In this document: in pieces, positions 11,809 to 25,543 of the stretch | How the letters are laid out: each line of letters begins with the position of its first letter | Numbering within the stretch: the stretch's first letter is position 1 | DNA from: Eledone cirrhosa | Taxonomy: Eukaryota | Direction: 5' to 3' | DNA length: 64,000 nucleotides | NCBI GenBank assembly: GCA_964016885.1 | Contig: OZ024743.1 | Location: 15,934,001 to 15,998,000, forward strand | Program-made: the position numbers and the translations under genes | The notes under the pieces: model-generated | Database searches by the model: none | Seen by the model: the letters and a program-made list of their open reading frames with translations, nothing else | What the model was told of the DNA's origin: nothing

Positions 11809-11890
<82 letters not shown>

Positions 11891-11895
<5 letters not shown>

Positions 11896-12189
11896 ATAAG
11901 AAACGGAGAATCAGTGGTGTGCCGAATTAAGATTTATTAGAAATATTACAATCTTTTCTCTGGCGACCAGTTCGAGGCACGATCGATGCGATGATCGAAC
12001 CTGACTCTGAAATCGCAAGATCCTCATATACGTCTCGATTCTTCAAAGCAGTGTTTCAAAGAATCGAGACGTATTTGAGGATCTTGCGATCTTGCGGTCA
12101 TGCATCGAGCTGGTCGCCAGAGAAATGATTGTAATATGTCTAATAAATGTTAATTCATTGCACAACTGATTCTTCGTTTCTTATGTGAT
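11891..12189. repeat. Imperfect ~140 bp inverted repeat (foldback, probably PLE-derived)
   Basis: atcacataagaaacg...tctctggcgaccag... pairs with ...ctggtcgccagaga...cgtttcttatgtgat. Inner arms tcgcaagatcctca...tctcgattctt / aagaatcgaga...tgaggatcttgcga. Confidence 0.8.
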
Positions 12190-12659
12190 ATTATACTCGG
12201 CTCTGTAAGAGCATTGAGTGCTCAAACGGCCTACCGCATACGGACACTTTAAGCATCCCACACTAATAAATTAACTATGGAGATATAAAAGATGCAGAAG
12301 CGAAAACCCACCAAACAGTGAGTGTGTTCTGTTATTATTTCTGGCAATATTATTAGAACAATATGACCCTCCCCTAGTATAAAAATATATATATAGGTGA
12401 TTCAGTGAATTACTGGTGGTGGTGGTGATACCAATGTGAGCACTCAATGCACAGACAGAGTTTATATAATAAGAAACAAATAATGTATTTTTTTGTTGAA
12501 TCACCAGTCTAACAAGCAGATCGATGCTGGAGTTGGGTTGTAGCTTCCAAAGATCTGCCAAATGTGCATACCAAATCAATACTAAATAAAACATTTAACA
12601 TGTATATGAAACTTCATCATTTTATCTTATTATATATATTTATGCATAATCATCATCAT

Positions 12660-13575
12660 AATCATCTTCCTTCTACTGGGATTTCTTGGCACTTCTTTAC
12701 CCAGTGGTCATCTTCCATGCGCATCGTATTTCCATACCATCATAGTCTTTTCTCCTGCACACTACAACTTATCCCTGTTATACAACACAGTTTCTCTCAA
12801 CACATTTATGCTTGGTGGTTCACGCACATTGACATTGCACATCCAATGGAGCATGCTTGCTTCATTTCTCTCCAGCCGTCATATATCCTCTGTAGTTGCT
12901 GCCCATATCTCACTACCATGCAGCATCGCGCATCTCACACAGGCATCATATAACTGGCCTTTCGTACGCAGGGAGAAACCTTCTTTGTCAACAGAGTAAT
13001 CAGTTCCCTAAACTTATTCTAGATACTATGGCCTCGGAACACCCTCCTCCCATGCTAATCTGATCACCTAGGTACCGGAAGCTATCAACACTTTCTATAG
13101 AACCCACCTGCATTTGATAAATGTGGCTATCACTGCGATTTCTACTGTAAAATTTCCATGTACATCTACTGTAAACATAGTTTTCCCTACCTGTTAGCTT
13201 GCCTGGCTATCCTGCTACATCTCTTGTGTACCCAAGATCTGCATTGTGTATATTTTATAGAATGTATGCGAGTTCCTTTTTTACATATCGAACATGACCA
13301 TTTCCCTGATAGGATCAGGGTTTTGTCCTCTTTTCTACTTATCAAAACTTTTGTCTTAGCTATGTTCACTCTGAGTCCTCTTAATTCCAACTGCCGTTTC
13401 CATAGCCATATTTTATTCTCTAACTCATCTACTGATTCTGCTATAAGAACCAGATCATCAGCATAGAGAAGTGCCCATGGGCAGCCAGTCTTAAAGTCCT
13501 CTGTTATGGCTTGGAGGACTATAATGAACAAGAGTCGGCTGAGGACCGAATTCTTATGTACTCATACTTGTATCA
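12660..13575 (-). pseudogene. RTE LINE RT fragment
   Basis: FIIVLQAITEDFKTGCPWALLYADDLVLIAES...VNIAKTKVL...WVHKRC, homologous to 54900-55800. Confidence 0.9.
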
Positions 13576-13919
13576 GGAATTCCTCATATATATATACTTA
13601 GTAAAGTGGTTAATGTTAAAAAAGGTATCAAGTTCTGGAAACAATGCTGAAATATGCATCATATGAGAAGAAGTATTTCTTTGATGCTTTGACCCATCGT
13701 CTAGGACAATGATGACATATTTAACTTGTATCAGCATTGAAATGTGACATGGAATAATGATGAAAATATGCAATTTACATTCATTTTCAAAGGTGCATTA
13801 TTTATAACTCAGTCCTTCATGCATACATATATCATTTGAATCTAGTGGAATCTTAGGTTACAGCTGAAACACCATCTTTTTATTGTTGTTCACTCCGTAT
13901 TTCACTCCCCCCTCTCTCT

Positions 13920-13968
<49 letters not shown>

Positions 13969-14019
13969 TCATATATATATATATATATATATAAATATAT
14001 ACATACATACATATATATA

Positions 14020-14400
14020 TATTGGTAAAAGGAAAAGAAAATGCTGACAAATTGTTCCCAGTGAAAAAATAGTTTAATTAGGAATAAGTAAAAATTAGTA
14101 ATAAGTATTGGTTAGTATTCAGTTTTGGTTTTAAGTTTTACCGATTGCGCATTTCTAATGCTTTTCAAAAATAATTTTGAGATAGAGCGCCCGTGATGTT
14201 TGCTCTAATCTGATTAGTTTTGCAAATTCTAACTGCTTTATGTAAAAAAAGTTGCTCCAGATGTATGAAAAAATTCTTGTGGTCAAAATAATTTTGATTG
14301 GTCGGTAGAGGTCATGTGAATGTTAAAAATTGATTTTGCGCCAAATAAGGTTTGTCCCGGCTGATTGAGAAGTCACTGAAAAATAAGTCTTTCAAGACAA
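14020..14400. repeat. Dispersed AT-rich repeat; second copy 25770-26045 with internal inversion
   Basis: gtaaaaggaaaagaaaatgctgacaaatt...ttttcaaaaataattttgagataga shared by both loci; the 25.8 kb copy folds back (aaatttgtcagcatattcttttcctttttactaat). Confidence 0.7.
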
Positions 14401-15179
14401 ATATGTGTGTGTGTGTGTAGTAGTAGTAAAGAGGTTCGTTGTTGTGATAATGGTCAGCAGGGATGTGTGTGCGAACCGCAGCCTGTTGACAGTTCAGATG
14501 CCTATTAAGACAAGTGTGTGTGTGTGTGTAGTAGTAGAGCAATTCGTTGTAGAGGGATGGTCAGTAGGAATGTGTCTGTACGTCTGTGGGGGATATTTTA
14601 ACATGTTAAAAGATATTTTTCAGCTCTTGTCTTATACGGAGAAGTGTGTGTGTGTGTTTATATGTCTCTTTGTATGTTAATGTACGCGTGTGTATGTGTG
14701 TGTGTATATATATGTGTGTGTGTGGGGGGGGGGGGGGAGCAGTATTTTTGTGATACTGGTAAAAATGGTGTACATTATTCGATATTTTCAGTAAAAACGA
14801 TTCTCTCAATAGAACCTCAAAAACCTTAATAATAAAAGGTGTGAAATGATATATAGTATTGGCATAATACAAAGGTGTGTGTGAGTGTCCAGATTGTACG
14901 TACTGCAAAGGGAATCCATTAGGCCTTGCCGTATTGGAATACTTGTGTACAAATATGTATGTGCCCATCAGTGTGCAATGCATGTGTGCGTATATGTATG
15001 TCTGTGTGTCGGCACGTTTATATCTATAGACATCAAAAGGTATGCAAATTTATGTATATTTGTGCTGCACCATAGAACATGTGTGTTTACGTATGTCAGT
15101 GTGTTTATATGTGGATAGAGATGTATGCTGATGTAGGTATGTATGTTGACGTGTGGATGTTGTGGGTTCGTCTTAGGGA

Positions 15180-15324
15180 GAAGTGTTTAGACGGGGTCCG
15201 TATTTGTTAATAAAGTGAGATTCCTTGGTAATGCGGTGGGTGAGGGTGGTATTATCTTTAAATTTTAGGGGGGAAATATTCTGAAGTTGGGATGATTTTG
15301 GGCGGCACAGGTATCAATGTGTTC

Positions 15325-15328
<4 letters not shown>
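15180..15328 (-). pseudogene. PLE GIY-YIG endonuclease C-terminal fragment
   Basis: Reverse complement reads [17 protein letters not shown] then (frameshift) ITKESHFINKYGPRLN, resembling the E..FI....P.LN end of Penelope GIY-YIG domains. Confidence 0.55.
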
Positions 15329-15401
<73 letters not shown>

Positions 15402-15403
<2 letters not shown>

Positions 15404-15560
15404 GAATGAGTAGGACCCCGACGGCTGAGCTCAAGCCGTTTAGACGGCTAATTCTGGACTCGGGGCCCTACTCGTTCCTATTACCCACTCTACTACCCTA
15501 AGTATTGAGTACTTTGGTGCGTTATGGTCCACCTGGTTCCTTACCACATTTCCTTCGTTA
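15402..15560 (+). repeat. Short dispersed hairpin element (copies at ~25545-25682 and 41519-41576)
   Basis: ggaatgagtaggaccccga...tcggggccctactcgttcc stem, followed by ctattacccactctactaccctaagtattgagtact. Confidence 0.65.
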
Positions 15561-15599
15561 TATATTTATATATATATATATATCATTTCTGAATATATA

Positions 15600-15693
<94 letters not shown>

Positions 15694-15724
15694 TGTTATA
15701 CTTTTGGAGGGTCATGTTGCCAAT

Positions 15725-16356
15725 AAGAAACACACACACCAGTTGCTTTCACTTCAATTTATTATAATAAATTTATAAATTTAGGAATTTATAAATTTTC
15801 GGTTGGTTGGTTGGTTCCACAACCAGATGGTTGTTTATATATTGTCAAAGTTCTTTCGTCACACATTCTGTGACCTCTTCAGTGACTGGGGATTCTTTTC
15901 TTTGTTTTTGTGCATCTCCTTTGTTCTGTCTTACGCCATTTTGTTTCTGTGTGTGTGTTGTGTGCTCAGTCTGCGCATGCACCACATCCGGGTGTCTGTG
16001 TGTGTTTATATTCGTTTATTTATTTGTTTATTTACATGTTACGGGTTGGTTGTTTGTTCTATGCGCGTGTGCGTTTTCATTTTGTCCTTAATTGTAAGTT
16101 GTGATGTTGCTGTTCCACTCATGTTTTCTATTTAATTTTGGTTGTAATTCTTTTATGTTTATTGCCTCTGTGATTTGTCTAAATATTGCGTCTTTTCTGT
16201 GTGTAGATTCTATTTTTATTTCTATGTTCTCTAATTTACCCTTATATTCTAAATTAAATAGAAAAAAACATAAAAGAATTACAACCAAAATTAAATAGAA
16301 AACATGAGTGCAACACACGTTTTCAGATAAAGAATCTTGCTAAACAAATTCAAAAA

Positions 16357-16360
<4 letters not shown>
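15725..16360 (-). mobile_element. 5'-truncated PLE: GIY-YIG C-terminus plus HHR-bearing terminal repeat, with short 5' inversion
   Basis: ORF 16088-16318 IFRQITEAINIKELQPKLN; 16116-16160 inverted at 16265-16310; HHR downstream. Confidence 0.7.
15844..15886 (-). ncRNA. Minimal HHR motif in PLE terminal repeat
   Basis: Reverse complement gtca-CTGAAGA-g-gtcaca(gaatg)tgtgac-GAAAG-aa-CTT^tgac. Confidence 0.65.
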
Positions 16361-16387
<27 letters not shown>

Positions 16388-16391
<4 letters not shown>

Positions 16392-16910
16392 CTCCACCCA
16401 GCCCATTGTCATTTCCCGCCCAGAAAAGCTTATAGCATCGTTTTTTATCCTCAATGAATCTAGCAGACCCACCCCTCCACCTGGTCTCTTGAATACAACA
16501 AACATCGACCTCCTTACGTTCGAGCATTTCTACAACATCGTTAGAGCGACCCTTTAAGGTGCCTACATTCATGGTACCAACTCTGAAGTTTTGGATTGCG
16601 TTTGGAGGGTGGGAGCGGTGGGGAGCGGGGGGAGATGGGGTTATGTTAGCCATCCGCGGCCGAAACAAATAGGAGTGCTCGCATTCTCGTCCACGAGGTG
16701 AATTTGTCTTTATCTTTGGCATTGTCGCTGAGCGTCCAGATTTTTCTCTCTTCCACTCTGCAGAATTCCGTAGTCCATCCATCCATCATATCGAAAGGCA
16801 ACCAGGTAAGCGATAGTATAGGCCACTGGCTTATGATTGGTCCACGTAATAATAATGGTGGTGCGTGGGGGCGGGCGGGAGTTGTTAGCGAGAAGGTAAG
16901 GTTTGAATAA
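16388..16910 (-). mobile_element. RTE LINE 5' region (UTR + APE endonuclease N-terminus)
   Basis: FRVGTMNVGTLKGRSNDVVEMLERKEVDVCCIQETRWRGG...YKLFWAG...GGV; truncated at (TA)n. Confidence 0.85.
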
Positions 16911-17019
16911 GATCCTCGTATTTAACAAGCGATAACAAAAATACAAGATTTGTTTTGTAAAATACGACAAAAACCTCGTATTTAACAAGCAATAACAAAA
17001 AATACAAGATTTGTTATAT

Positions 17020-17050
<31 letters not shown>

Positions 17051-18294
17051 TATATATATCGTTTCTGAATATATATATTTATATATATATATACATTTGA
17101 AAAATGATGAAGGACTTTCCTAATGCTTGTTTTTCTTTAATAAGCAAATGCTTTGCGAGGTGTAGTTGTAGTGATTCTATAGTGATGACAAGTTTGATCA
17201 GAATCCTAGGTTTTTGCTTTAAAAGTAATTTTCAAATAGGTCTTTTATCAACTGGGGCTTCCTTGTAATATACTCCCAGTTAAAAAAAAAACATGTGTGA
17301 TGGAAGTGGTGTGAGAATATAGGAATGGGATGAAGTGTGGATGGGGTTTATCATCTAAAAATATGTATCAACCCTGGAAAATATATATATTCATAGAAAT
17401 AAACATTTATATAGACACAGAGAGACTTACACATCATATTTGCATACTCTTACACACATATATTAATATATACATACAGAGTGAAAGAGAAAGAGAGAGA
17501 GGTGTGTGTTGTGTGTAACTTATACATACATACACATTCACACATGCACACACCACATATCTGGGCATAGCTAGTTAATTAACATACCATTACTGAGTAT
17601 ACTGGGTGTATTTTATTATAGCCCTACCTAGCTCCACACACGCACACACACATACTCACTCACTTAAAATTATATACATATACATTATGAAATACAAGTA
17701 AAAGCATACTCCTGAGAAAATATTGTTTTATTTTCCAATAATTTACATCGATGTATGCACCTTCTGATAAATTTATATTTTTTATATTAAAAATCATCCC
17801 TAGTTCAATCAATGTTGAATAGTTGGTTACACTTCGTGTCATCACCTTTTATGAATATCAAAAATGATTGAAATTCTAAAGGCTATATTTAACAACAAAA
17901 AGTCATAGATTTATTTAATAAAATTCATAAAATAATTAATTCCTAAATGCATCTATCTAGCTGTTTGCTTTAACACAAATCTATTTCCTTTTAAACAGTG
18001 TGATATCTTAACAAAATAATGACTTTTTGTTTATCTTCAATGACAATGTCAATAATGTTTTTCATACATCAACATTTGACTTGACAAGACACAAAGAATA
18101 AATTGCTTGTTTCCAAGGTGTAACACTCTAATATAAATCTATTCTAAACTGTATTAAACATAAATAGATAAAAAATATAACAGAAGAAAACAAACAGAAT
18201 TTTGGTGTTTTATAACATAAATGAATAATATCACTTCTGTAGTTTTTGCTTCATTAGTTCTGCTTCAGAGGAAACACCACTAATGTTAGTAGAA

Positions 18295-18339
<45 letters not shown>

Positions 18340-18644
18340 TAAAGAGAAGGTGAAGGAAAAATTAGAAGTCATTGATGAAGTCTGTTCTGAATATGTGTCA
18401 AATTATGTTCCTGTTATCATTGACGAGACAATCACCTGAAATTTATTACTTCTCCAGCAATTTAATTGTATTCACAGAAACCATAATGTATTTATGATTA
18501 TAACATCAGTAATAACATTTTCATCCACATAAACTATCTATGTAATTATTATACTTTACGGCATTATTTACTACAACAGTTGTGATCAAACAACTCAGCG
18601 GTATACTTCTACTATTACTTCTATTACTACTACGAGTAGTAATG

Positions 18645-18684
<40 letters not shown>

Positions 18685-19879
18685 AGTTTTTGTTGATGGT
18701 CTATCATATGTAAAAAATAATTAATTTCTACATTTTTGTCTGCCTAGATAAAATTGTTTCATCTTTTTTGTCTTTATAATAAGAATATTTATATTACAAA
18801 CAGAGCTGGATAATAATAATATGGTACTAAACTTAAATAATTGTTTTATAGAATATTAAATTTATATAAGGAATAGTTTTACTTGTTTAGCACTGACATG
18901 ATTGGAGAGTGTGTTACATCATGGGGAAATCATATTTTCATATATTTTGTGAGGTACAAAATTTTCATTGCATTGCTCCCAACTGGTGATTGACACAAAA
19001 GTGTTGGACAAGATTCTTTATGGTATTTAGATACATCCCTGTACATCCTTAGGGAATTTGGGTATAGATAAAATATAGTAGCAATTAAGTATTGGAGGCT
19101 CATATAATTAACTGATCTATAAATTCCATGCTCTAAGCCAATATAAGAAAATATCAGCAGTTTTAAGTGACTTCCTACTTTGTCATCAGATATATCTTTG
19201 TTAATCAGATGTATTTCTGTGTGCATGCACACATTCTCTATGTTTTGAGTTTTGGTTTGTTTTGTTCTGGTGTTTTTGGGGATTTGTCTATTGTGCAGAT
19301 TATGTTTAATGAGAGATGTGTTGTGTTTTGTAAACGCTCTGTAACTCAAAGGTTTTAGTACTGGACAGTCACATTGTAGAGGATATGCCATTGGTGGTGT
19401 GTGGATTAAGTTATAATAATGGGTTACATCCATGCAAAATATGAGTTGTTGATATTATAGTATGTAATATTGATTATATAAGGGTATGTGTTTTGAAATT
19501 TTATTGGCTGGTAGTGGAATAGATTATGTGCATTGAATTCAAAATATCTTATATAGGTTGTTGGCTATAACTAGCAGGTTTATTCTTTGGGTTGTGTGTA
19601 ATGTTGTGGGTATATGTTTATGTTTGTTACATATGTTCTATTATTTATCATGCTACACTTATGATTAGTATACTTTTTATTTTAATGAGATAGTTGCTGA
19701 GTTGCTAAAGCATCAAGGGAAGTAGGAGTTTAACTAGTAACCTGCGTAATCAATCAGATAATAGAGGACAGTATCATGCCCAATGACAGGTGCAGCAGTA
19801 CAATCAGAAATTGCCACAAGCACAAAAATAGAGAAATAAAACTAATGGACCAAAATATGAAAGTGATGGAAAAATTATA

Positions 19880-19975
19880 GTGCGACTAATTCGAGAAAAA
19901 GTCAAATTAGATGAGATGCAGTTCGGTTTCATGACTGGGAGAAGTATGATAGATACCCTCATTTTAGTGAGATTG
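19880..19975 (+). pseudogene. RTE RT fragment
   Basis: LIREKVKLDEMQFGFMTGRSMIDTLILVR, homologous to ~54560-54650. Confidence 0.7.
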
Positions 19976-20899
19976 AAAGAGGAGATGGACAAGAACTTCC
20001 TTGGTGCACAGAATTAACCGGAAGAAAGAAACAAAATAGGCGATGCACAAGACAAGTTTACACACACACATCTTCACCCTCATCAGCTCTCAAACCAGCA
20101 AAATGTTTCAATCTTGTTTATATTTCATCTGCCTGTTGCCCACCTTGTGGATTGTCTCTCTGTTGACCACTGGCTGCTGGTCTCTGTCCTCTGATGCATT
20201 TTTGCCCATGGCTGTCTTCGAAAGTATTTAGTTGTTTTCATGGCTGTTCTAGTGATGGGTTTTCTCATTTTTATATGTATTCAAATACACTCTTGCTTCA
20301 TCTTAATCAGAGACAACATTGTTTTTTCATTAAAGTTTATCATAGCTATGATCAGAGTTTTATTAAGAACAGGTACCACAACTTGAAGTCCACTATTCCA
20401 TTATTTTCTTTTCTGTGTTTTCTTTCGTCCTTTTATCTGTGATGTTTGTTTTATCACATGCACATCATACCAGCAGAAGGATTTATTTTTCTGTTCCATG
20501 ATGGTACTCTCACTTAAATCGTACAAAACCATTTTGCTGGTTTGAGAGCTGATGGGGGGTGAAGATGGGGGTAACATTGTTTTTTTCTGTTTCCTTCTTC
20601 TAGTCACTCCTATGCACCAATAACCTTCTCCTTGTTCTCCTCCTGTTTCTCATTATTGTTAATATTGCATAATTGCACGTCTTAACTATGCATATTTACA
20701 TATTCCTTGGGAACATGCTGATTAAAATAAGCAGTGTCACAATATAAATGTTCCCAGTGAAAGCATGAGCCTGATCATCTTTCCAATTGTTTCAATGAAA
20801 TATATTCAATATTAGTAAAGCCTTAGCAGCAAGCTCATCCCATCTGTTTAAGCATATCCAAATATTTATTCTTCTCCTCCTGCTTGATCTTGAGAGGTT

Positions 20900-21200
20900 C
20901 ATTAGGGCAGAGTTCTCAAGTATACCTTCCATTGGGTCTTATCAGAAGCAATTCAATCCAGTTATTCAATCACCTTGTATGGGATCTCACCCTAGGTCTC
21001 CTGCAGATTGGCTTTTGTCCATAAAATCTGTTCAGCAATTCTTTCCTTAAGTATTCTGACCACAGGTCTGTAGTATCAGAGCTGTGATCTTTCAATTTGG
21101 AGAGGAGTGGCTCTCAGAACGACCATTTGATCTCCGAGCTATGCAACCTATTGAGTAGCATTACTCCAAAGACACATTATTGCACCAGCTCCTGCACATT
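20900..21200 (-). pseudogene. Old RTE-type LINE C-terminal fragment
   Basis: Reverse complement gives EPLL.QIERSQL...VVRI...RRPRVRSHTR, resembling the RTE C-terminal RRP.GRP.TRW region. Confidence 0.5.
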
Positions 21201-23963
21201 TTGCAATTAATTTAGCCTCTTGCCATCCACCACTCATGAAAATGGCCCCAAAATACTAGTACTCCCACACCTGTTTGAGTGGAACTCCATTCACCTGTGG
21301 AGTACATTATAACTCTCAAATTATAGCTAACAGGTTTCACATGGAATATAGTAGAACAAATTCAAGCTGAGGTTTGTCCAGAACAAATCCGTCATTAATA
21401 TGATTCTTTCCATCAATAGCATAACTAGATTCATTTTATTGGAGTCTTTGTCATTTTCACTCTTATGTCTAATGGAATTCATTATACTTCTGCTATCTAT
21501 ACACTCTTGCATAATCTGATTATCAAGAAATTAGTGTGACAGTAACTCATCTCACATTTCTAAAGCTTTGTCTATTTTCATGTCCTTCATTCTTTTAATC
21601 ATTATCTTCTGTATAATCTTCACAAATCAAGATACATTGGAAAGTATTGGATACACTGTGAATAAGCCCTTCAGTTTAGGTTTATATTTTACATTTAGAA
21701 AGTCCTGGTAGTGATATTTCTATGTAATTTTCTTTTACATCTGAAGTCAAGGACACAAACATTTCAGGTATAAATATTCATCCTGTAAAGCACTCTAGTT
21801 CTTGTTATGCTAAGAAGATTGTTTTAATCTATATTTCAGATGACTTCTAGTATAGCTTTGTAAAAGTTTCTTTTTTATTATCTTGTAGCCTAATCCTTCT
21901 TATGAGATGCATATAAACATTATGATATTTGTATCTTCTTTATTAATGAGATGAGCATTATAAACTTATCATACCCTGTAACTAGCTTAACTATGCTATC
22001 TATATATCTGCCCAAACTTAAAAGGAATTGTCTAACCCTTGCTAGCAGGGAAAACATATGTTAAATGATGATGATGATGATGATATTTCCATATCTCTTA
22101 TGGCAACCATCACATACCAATACACTTTTCACATGAAAAATTCTTCTGCTGCACATTGCCATTGCATATTTTTAGGCTTCCGAACAGTTATTGCTCACAA
22201 TGGTTAGGTTGACTTGAAGGTATGTACAAGGCACTTAATACTCATTAGTTGAGGTATAGTGGGATGAAACTTAAAATGATGTGATGTTCCACTCATACTT
22301 AACAGTTAGGTGTTTATTAGTAGGAAGTTTCATCAAGTGACCTCTACACATAGCCATTACAGAAAAGAAGGCATAGCAATTGACAGAGAGAGGCAATTCC
22401 CCTCCCCAGTACAGGAAGTCGTGCAAATATTATTGTGGCCTGTCATGTGTGTTAATTCAAGTAGGGGGTGTTATAGGTGTTTTGTTTTTTGCAGATACTG
22501 AGAACCCTTGTTATGCCTCTGTAGAAAAAACCATCCCACTTTTGCAAACAAGAAAAATGACACGTAAAATAGTAAAACAAATGATCAATTCCTCTTTAAT
22601 ATATCCTTTTTTTCTGTAAACAGTACTCTAGTAATTAAAGTAAATTCATTTTGTTTTCTAGTTAACATTGAATTAGATGTGTCTCCCCACCTTACAAAAA
22701 ACTATCTTACAACTTCGATAAATATTATAAGCCCACCATCATTATTCTAATGTTTACCAATCACCAGTTACCTTTTTCAGTTTTAGTATTTGTTTCACAA
22801 GTTTTACTTAAGTTCATAATTTGTTTCTAACATTTGCCCTTCTTTGACCACCTCACACCACACATAAAATATTTTCTCTGAGTGCTAGCCACTTTCTTGT
22901 CTATTACACTACCCTTTGGCTCACTATTTTTTCCTAATTGACAAAACATCATCTTTGACTGCCAGGAAACTTTCTACTCCTAAAAACGACTAAGTTGGCT
23001 TTCTTTCAAATCGAATTCCATAAAATGATTATCAAAATACAACTTCTTTAATAGAATATTTTCTCAGAAAATTTCTCTTCTTGTCTTTATTCTCTTATGA
23101 CCTGCAATAACTCTCTAAACCACCTTTCATCTTTATTATTCTTGAGCAGTTTTAATGTATTTCTTATTAGTTATTTTTTTTATTTTACTTTCATAGAACT
23201 TCAAGTCTCAGAGAAACATCTCAGCTCGAAGTAATCTCTTGACACAAAAATAAATTGCTTTCAATATAAAATTCATTAAACCTTTAGAGAAGGGAAAAAA
23301 GTGTAAGTGTACAATATGTAAGTAGTTTTGTTAGTATCTATAAGTAAACTAATTGGTTTTTAGTTCCAATACAATTTTGAATGGAGTTTTATCTTTGATC
23401 TAAAATTATTTTTCATTGATCTTGTAACTGATTTAGAATTGATGGAAATACGGTTCTACTAGTCCTCAAAATTATAAAGGTTATTTTGTTGGTAGACCAT
23501 TGAGTTAGCATTTAAAATTTTTCTACGTCAAATCTTTGTTTCCAATTCTACAGATGTTATGGATAGCACTATACTATAAAATAACAATGATCAGTTTTCT
23601 TAACTTTTACATATTACAGGAAACACGCAATACAAAACTTTATATAGAAAGCAAAATCTAGCAAAAAGATAATATATCTCTGCACAAAAACCAAACTGAC
23701 ATACAAGACAATGCTACATGATGAACATGATTCATAAGAACTTCAAAATAAGTATGAAGACATTTTTTACTAGCTTCATAGTAGTTAAAAACCATCTGTC
23801 TCATAATCACAACACTTGTCAATTCTATATCAGCTTTTCAAATTTATGCTTTGTTCTCCTTAATAGACCATAGACATAACAGTCACATTTTCTCAAATAT
23901 AATCGATTATGAAAATATAAACATCATTTACACACACAAATACACACACACTAATACATACAT

Positions 23964-24010
<47 letters not shown>

Positions 24011-24189
24011 AACACACACACATATACATAAGTGATGTGTGTGCTTATTTGCAATTTATGATTTCTTATATATGCATAAGGCAAGAAATTTTGAGGTGAA
24101 GAAACTATCAATTATAACAACCCTGATACTTTACTGATATTTATGTTATTAAATAAGGAATGGTGTAAAGCAATATAAAATTCAACAGA

Positions 24190-25262
24190 ATAAAAGAATA
24201 ATTTTGCACATAGAGTTTTGAAATAACATTAAAGTTTACTCTGTCGACCCGTTGAAGCATTCTGACCTAAAATAAATGTGTTGAAAAATATAACCCTTGG
24301 AAAATCACACTGCTGTTCCAACATTTTTTTCTCTTGATTGTAGAAATACTGGGTATTTTTTCTGTGACTGTCATTAGCTTGTTGGTTACAATTTTTTGTA
24401 TGTTTTCCACAGTCCCCAAAATGATGGCCATCAACTTTGATTTCAATTTAGGGAAGAAGTAGAAATCCCATGGAGCTAGGTCTGGGCTGTAGGAAAAATA
24501 TGGAAGAGTGGGAATGTTTTCTTTGCTAGAAATTTTCTAAAACAACGTGATGTGTGAGAATGTGTGTTATCATGGTACTGTGCCCTGTCTCCTTCAATAT
24601 CTTTTCAGACTCATGGACATGTATTCAGAGTCATTCTAAGACACTTTCTAGAAGGTGCAATTAACTATCTAACCAAGAGATGAAATTACTTTGTAAACAA
24701 TACCACAGCTGTCAAAAAAAAAAAAATGATAGTCATTGTTTTGACACTGGATCTGCTTTCTTTGGATGAGGTGAATTTTTCATGCGCCACGCCTCATATT
24801 GCCATTTTGTTTCTGGATTGTACTTGAACACCCATTATTCAGCTCCTATTATTACATAATCCAAGACATTTACCTTAATTTGGAGTCTTTCTAACAAATC
24901 CTGACAAATTTCCAATTAGTTTGGGCACTAGTTTTGCATAAATCTTTCACATTTGTAAAATGACTGTTAGAATTCTGTGAATTGAATTTTTAACTAAGCC
25001 CGTTTCTTCTGCTCTCATCCTAACACTTAGTTGGTGTTCTTTTGGCATCCCTGCACACACACCTTTCATATGTTATAAATTTGTTGATGAGATTGGCCTT
25101 CCAGAACGAAGTTCATCTTTAACATTTTCTCGGCCATCTTTAAAGCTTAATACAACTTAAAATCATTACTCTCTGATAGTATGTCATTTCTATAAGATTG
25201 TGGTAAATAATTAAATGTGTTGGTGGCAGTTGAGTTTCACACAAAATTTTTGTTTCATCCCT
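24190..25262 (-). mobile_element. Degenerate mariner DNA transposon
   Basis: Reverse complement encodes SYSPDLAPWDFYFFPKLKSKL (YSPDLAP motif, ~24435-24495) and WVFKYNPETKWQ (decayed TGDETW..Y.PE motif, ~24795-24840). Confidence 0.8.
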
Positions 25263-25429
25263 CAGTGATTCCAAAATCCCCTTCCTCGCTAAGCAAGCTT
25301 GGTTGGGTTGCCGGTTTAGTTGCTGGTGACCCAACCATGTACAGATTGTACTGGGTTACATGTAACCAGTATGCTGAAGAGCAACCAGTGCGATAAAGAT
25401 ACAAGTTGCTCTGTAACCCAGTACATAAG

Positions 25430-25543
25430 AGGTTGGTGTTAGGGAGGGCATCCATCTGTAGAAATCAAGCCAGAATCAGTTCCCGTCCCACGCTTGCAAG
25501 CAGGGAAAAGCGGACGTAAAATGATGATGATGATGATGATGAT
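25430..25543 (+). mobile_element. SINE 3' portion with RTE-derived tail
   Basis: ggttggtgttagggagggcatcca...cccgtcccacgcttgcaagcagggaaaagcggacgtaaaatgatgatg. Confidence 0.75.

Noticed and set aside
16640-16720. HDV-like ribozyme in the RTE 5' region (minus ACCUCGU ... GCUAAC)
   Set aside because: P1, P1.1 and P2 could not be assembled.
19149-19196. Minus-strand CTGATGA with stem II, possible HHR
   Set aside because: GAAA is replaced by AAAA and stem III/cleavage triplet are missing; at best a dead relic.
21300-23300. Possible ancient LINE remnants
   Set aside because: Strand-biased composition, but no motif I could read with confidence.
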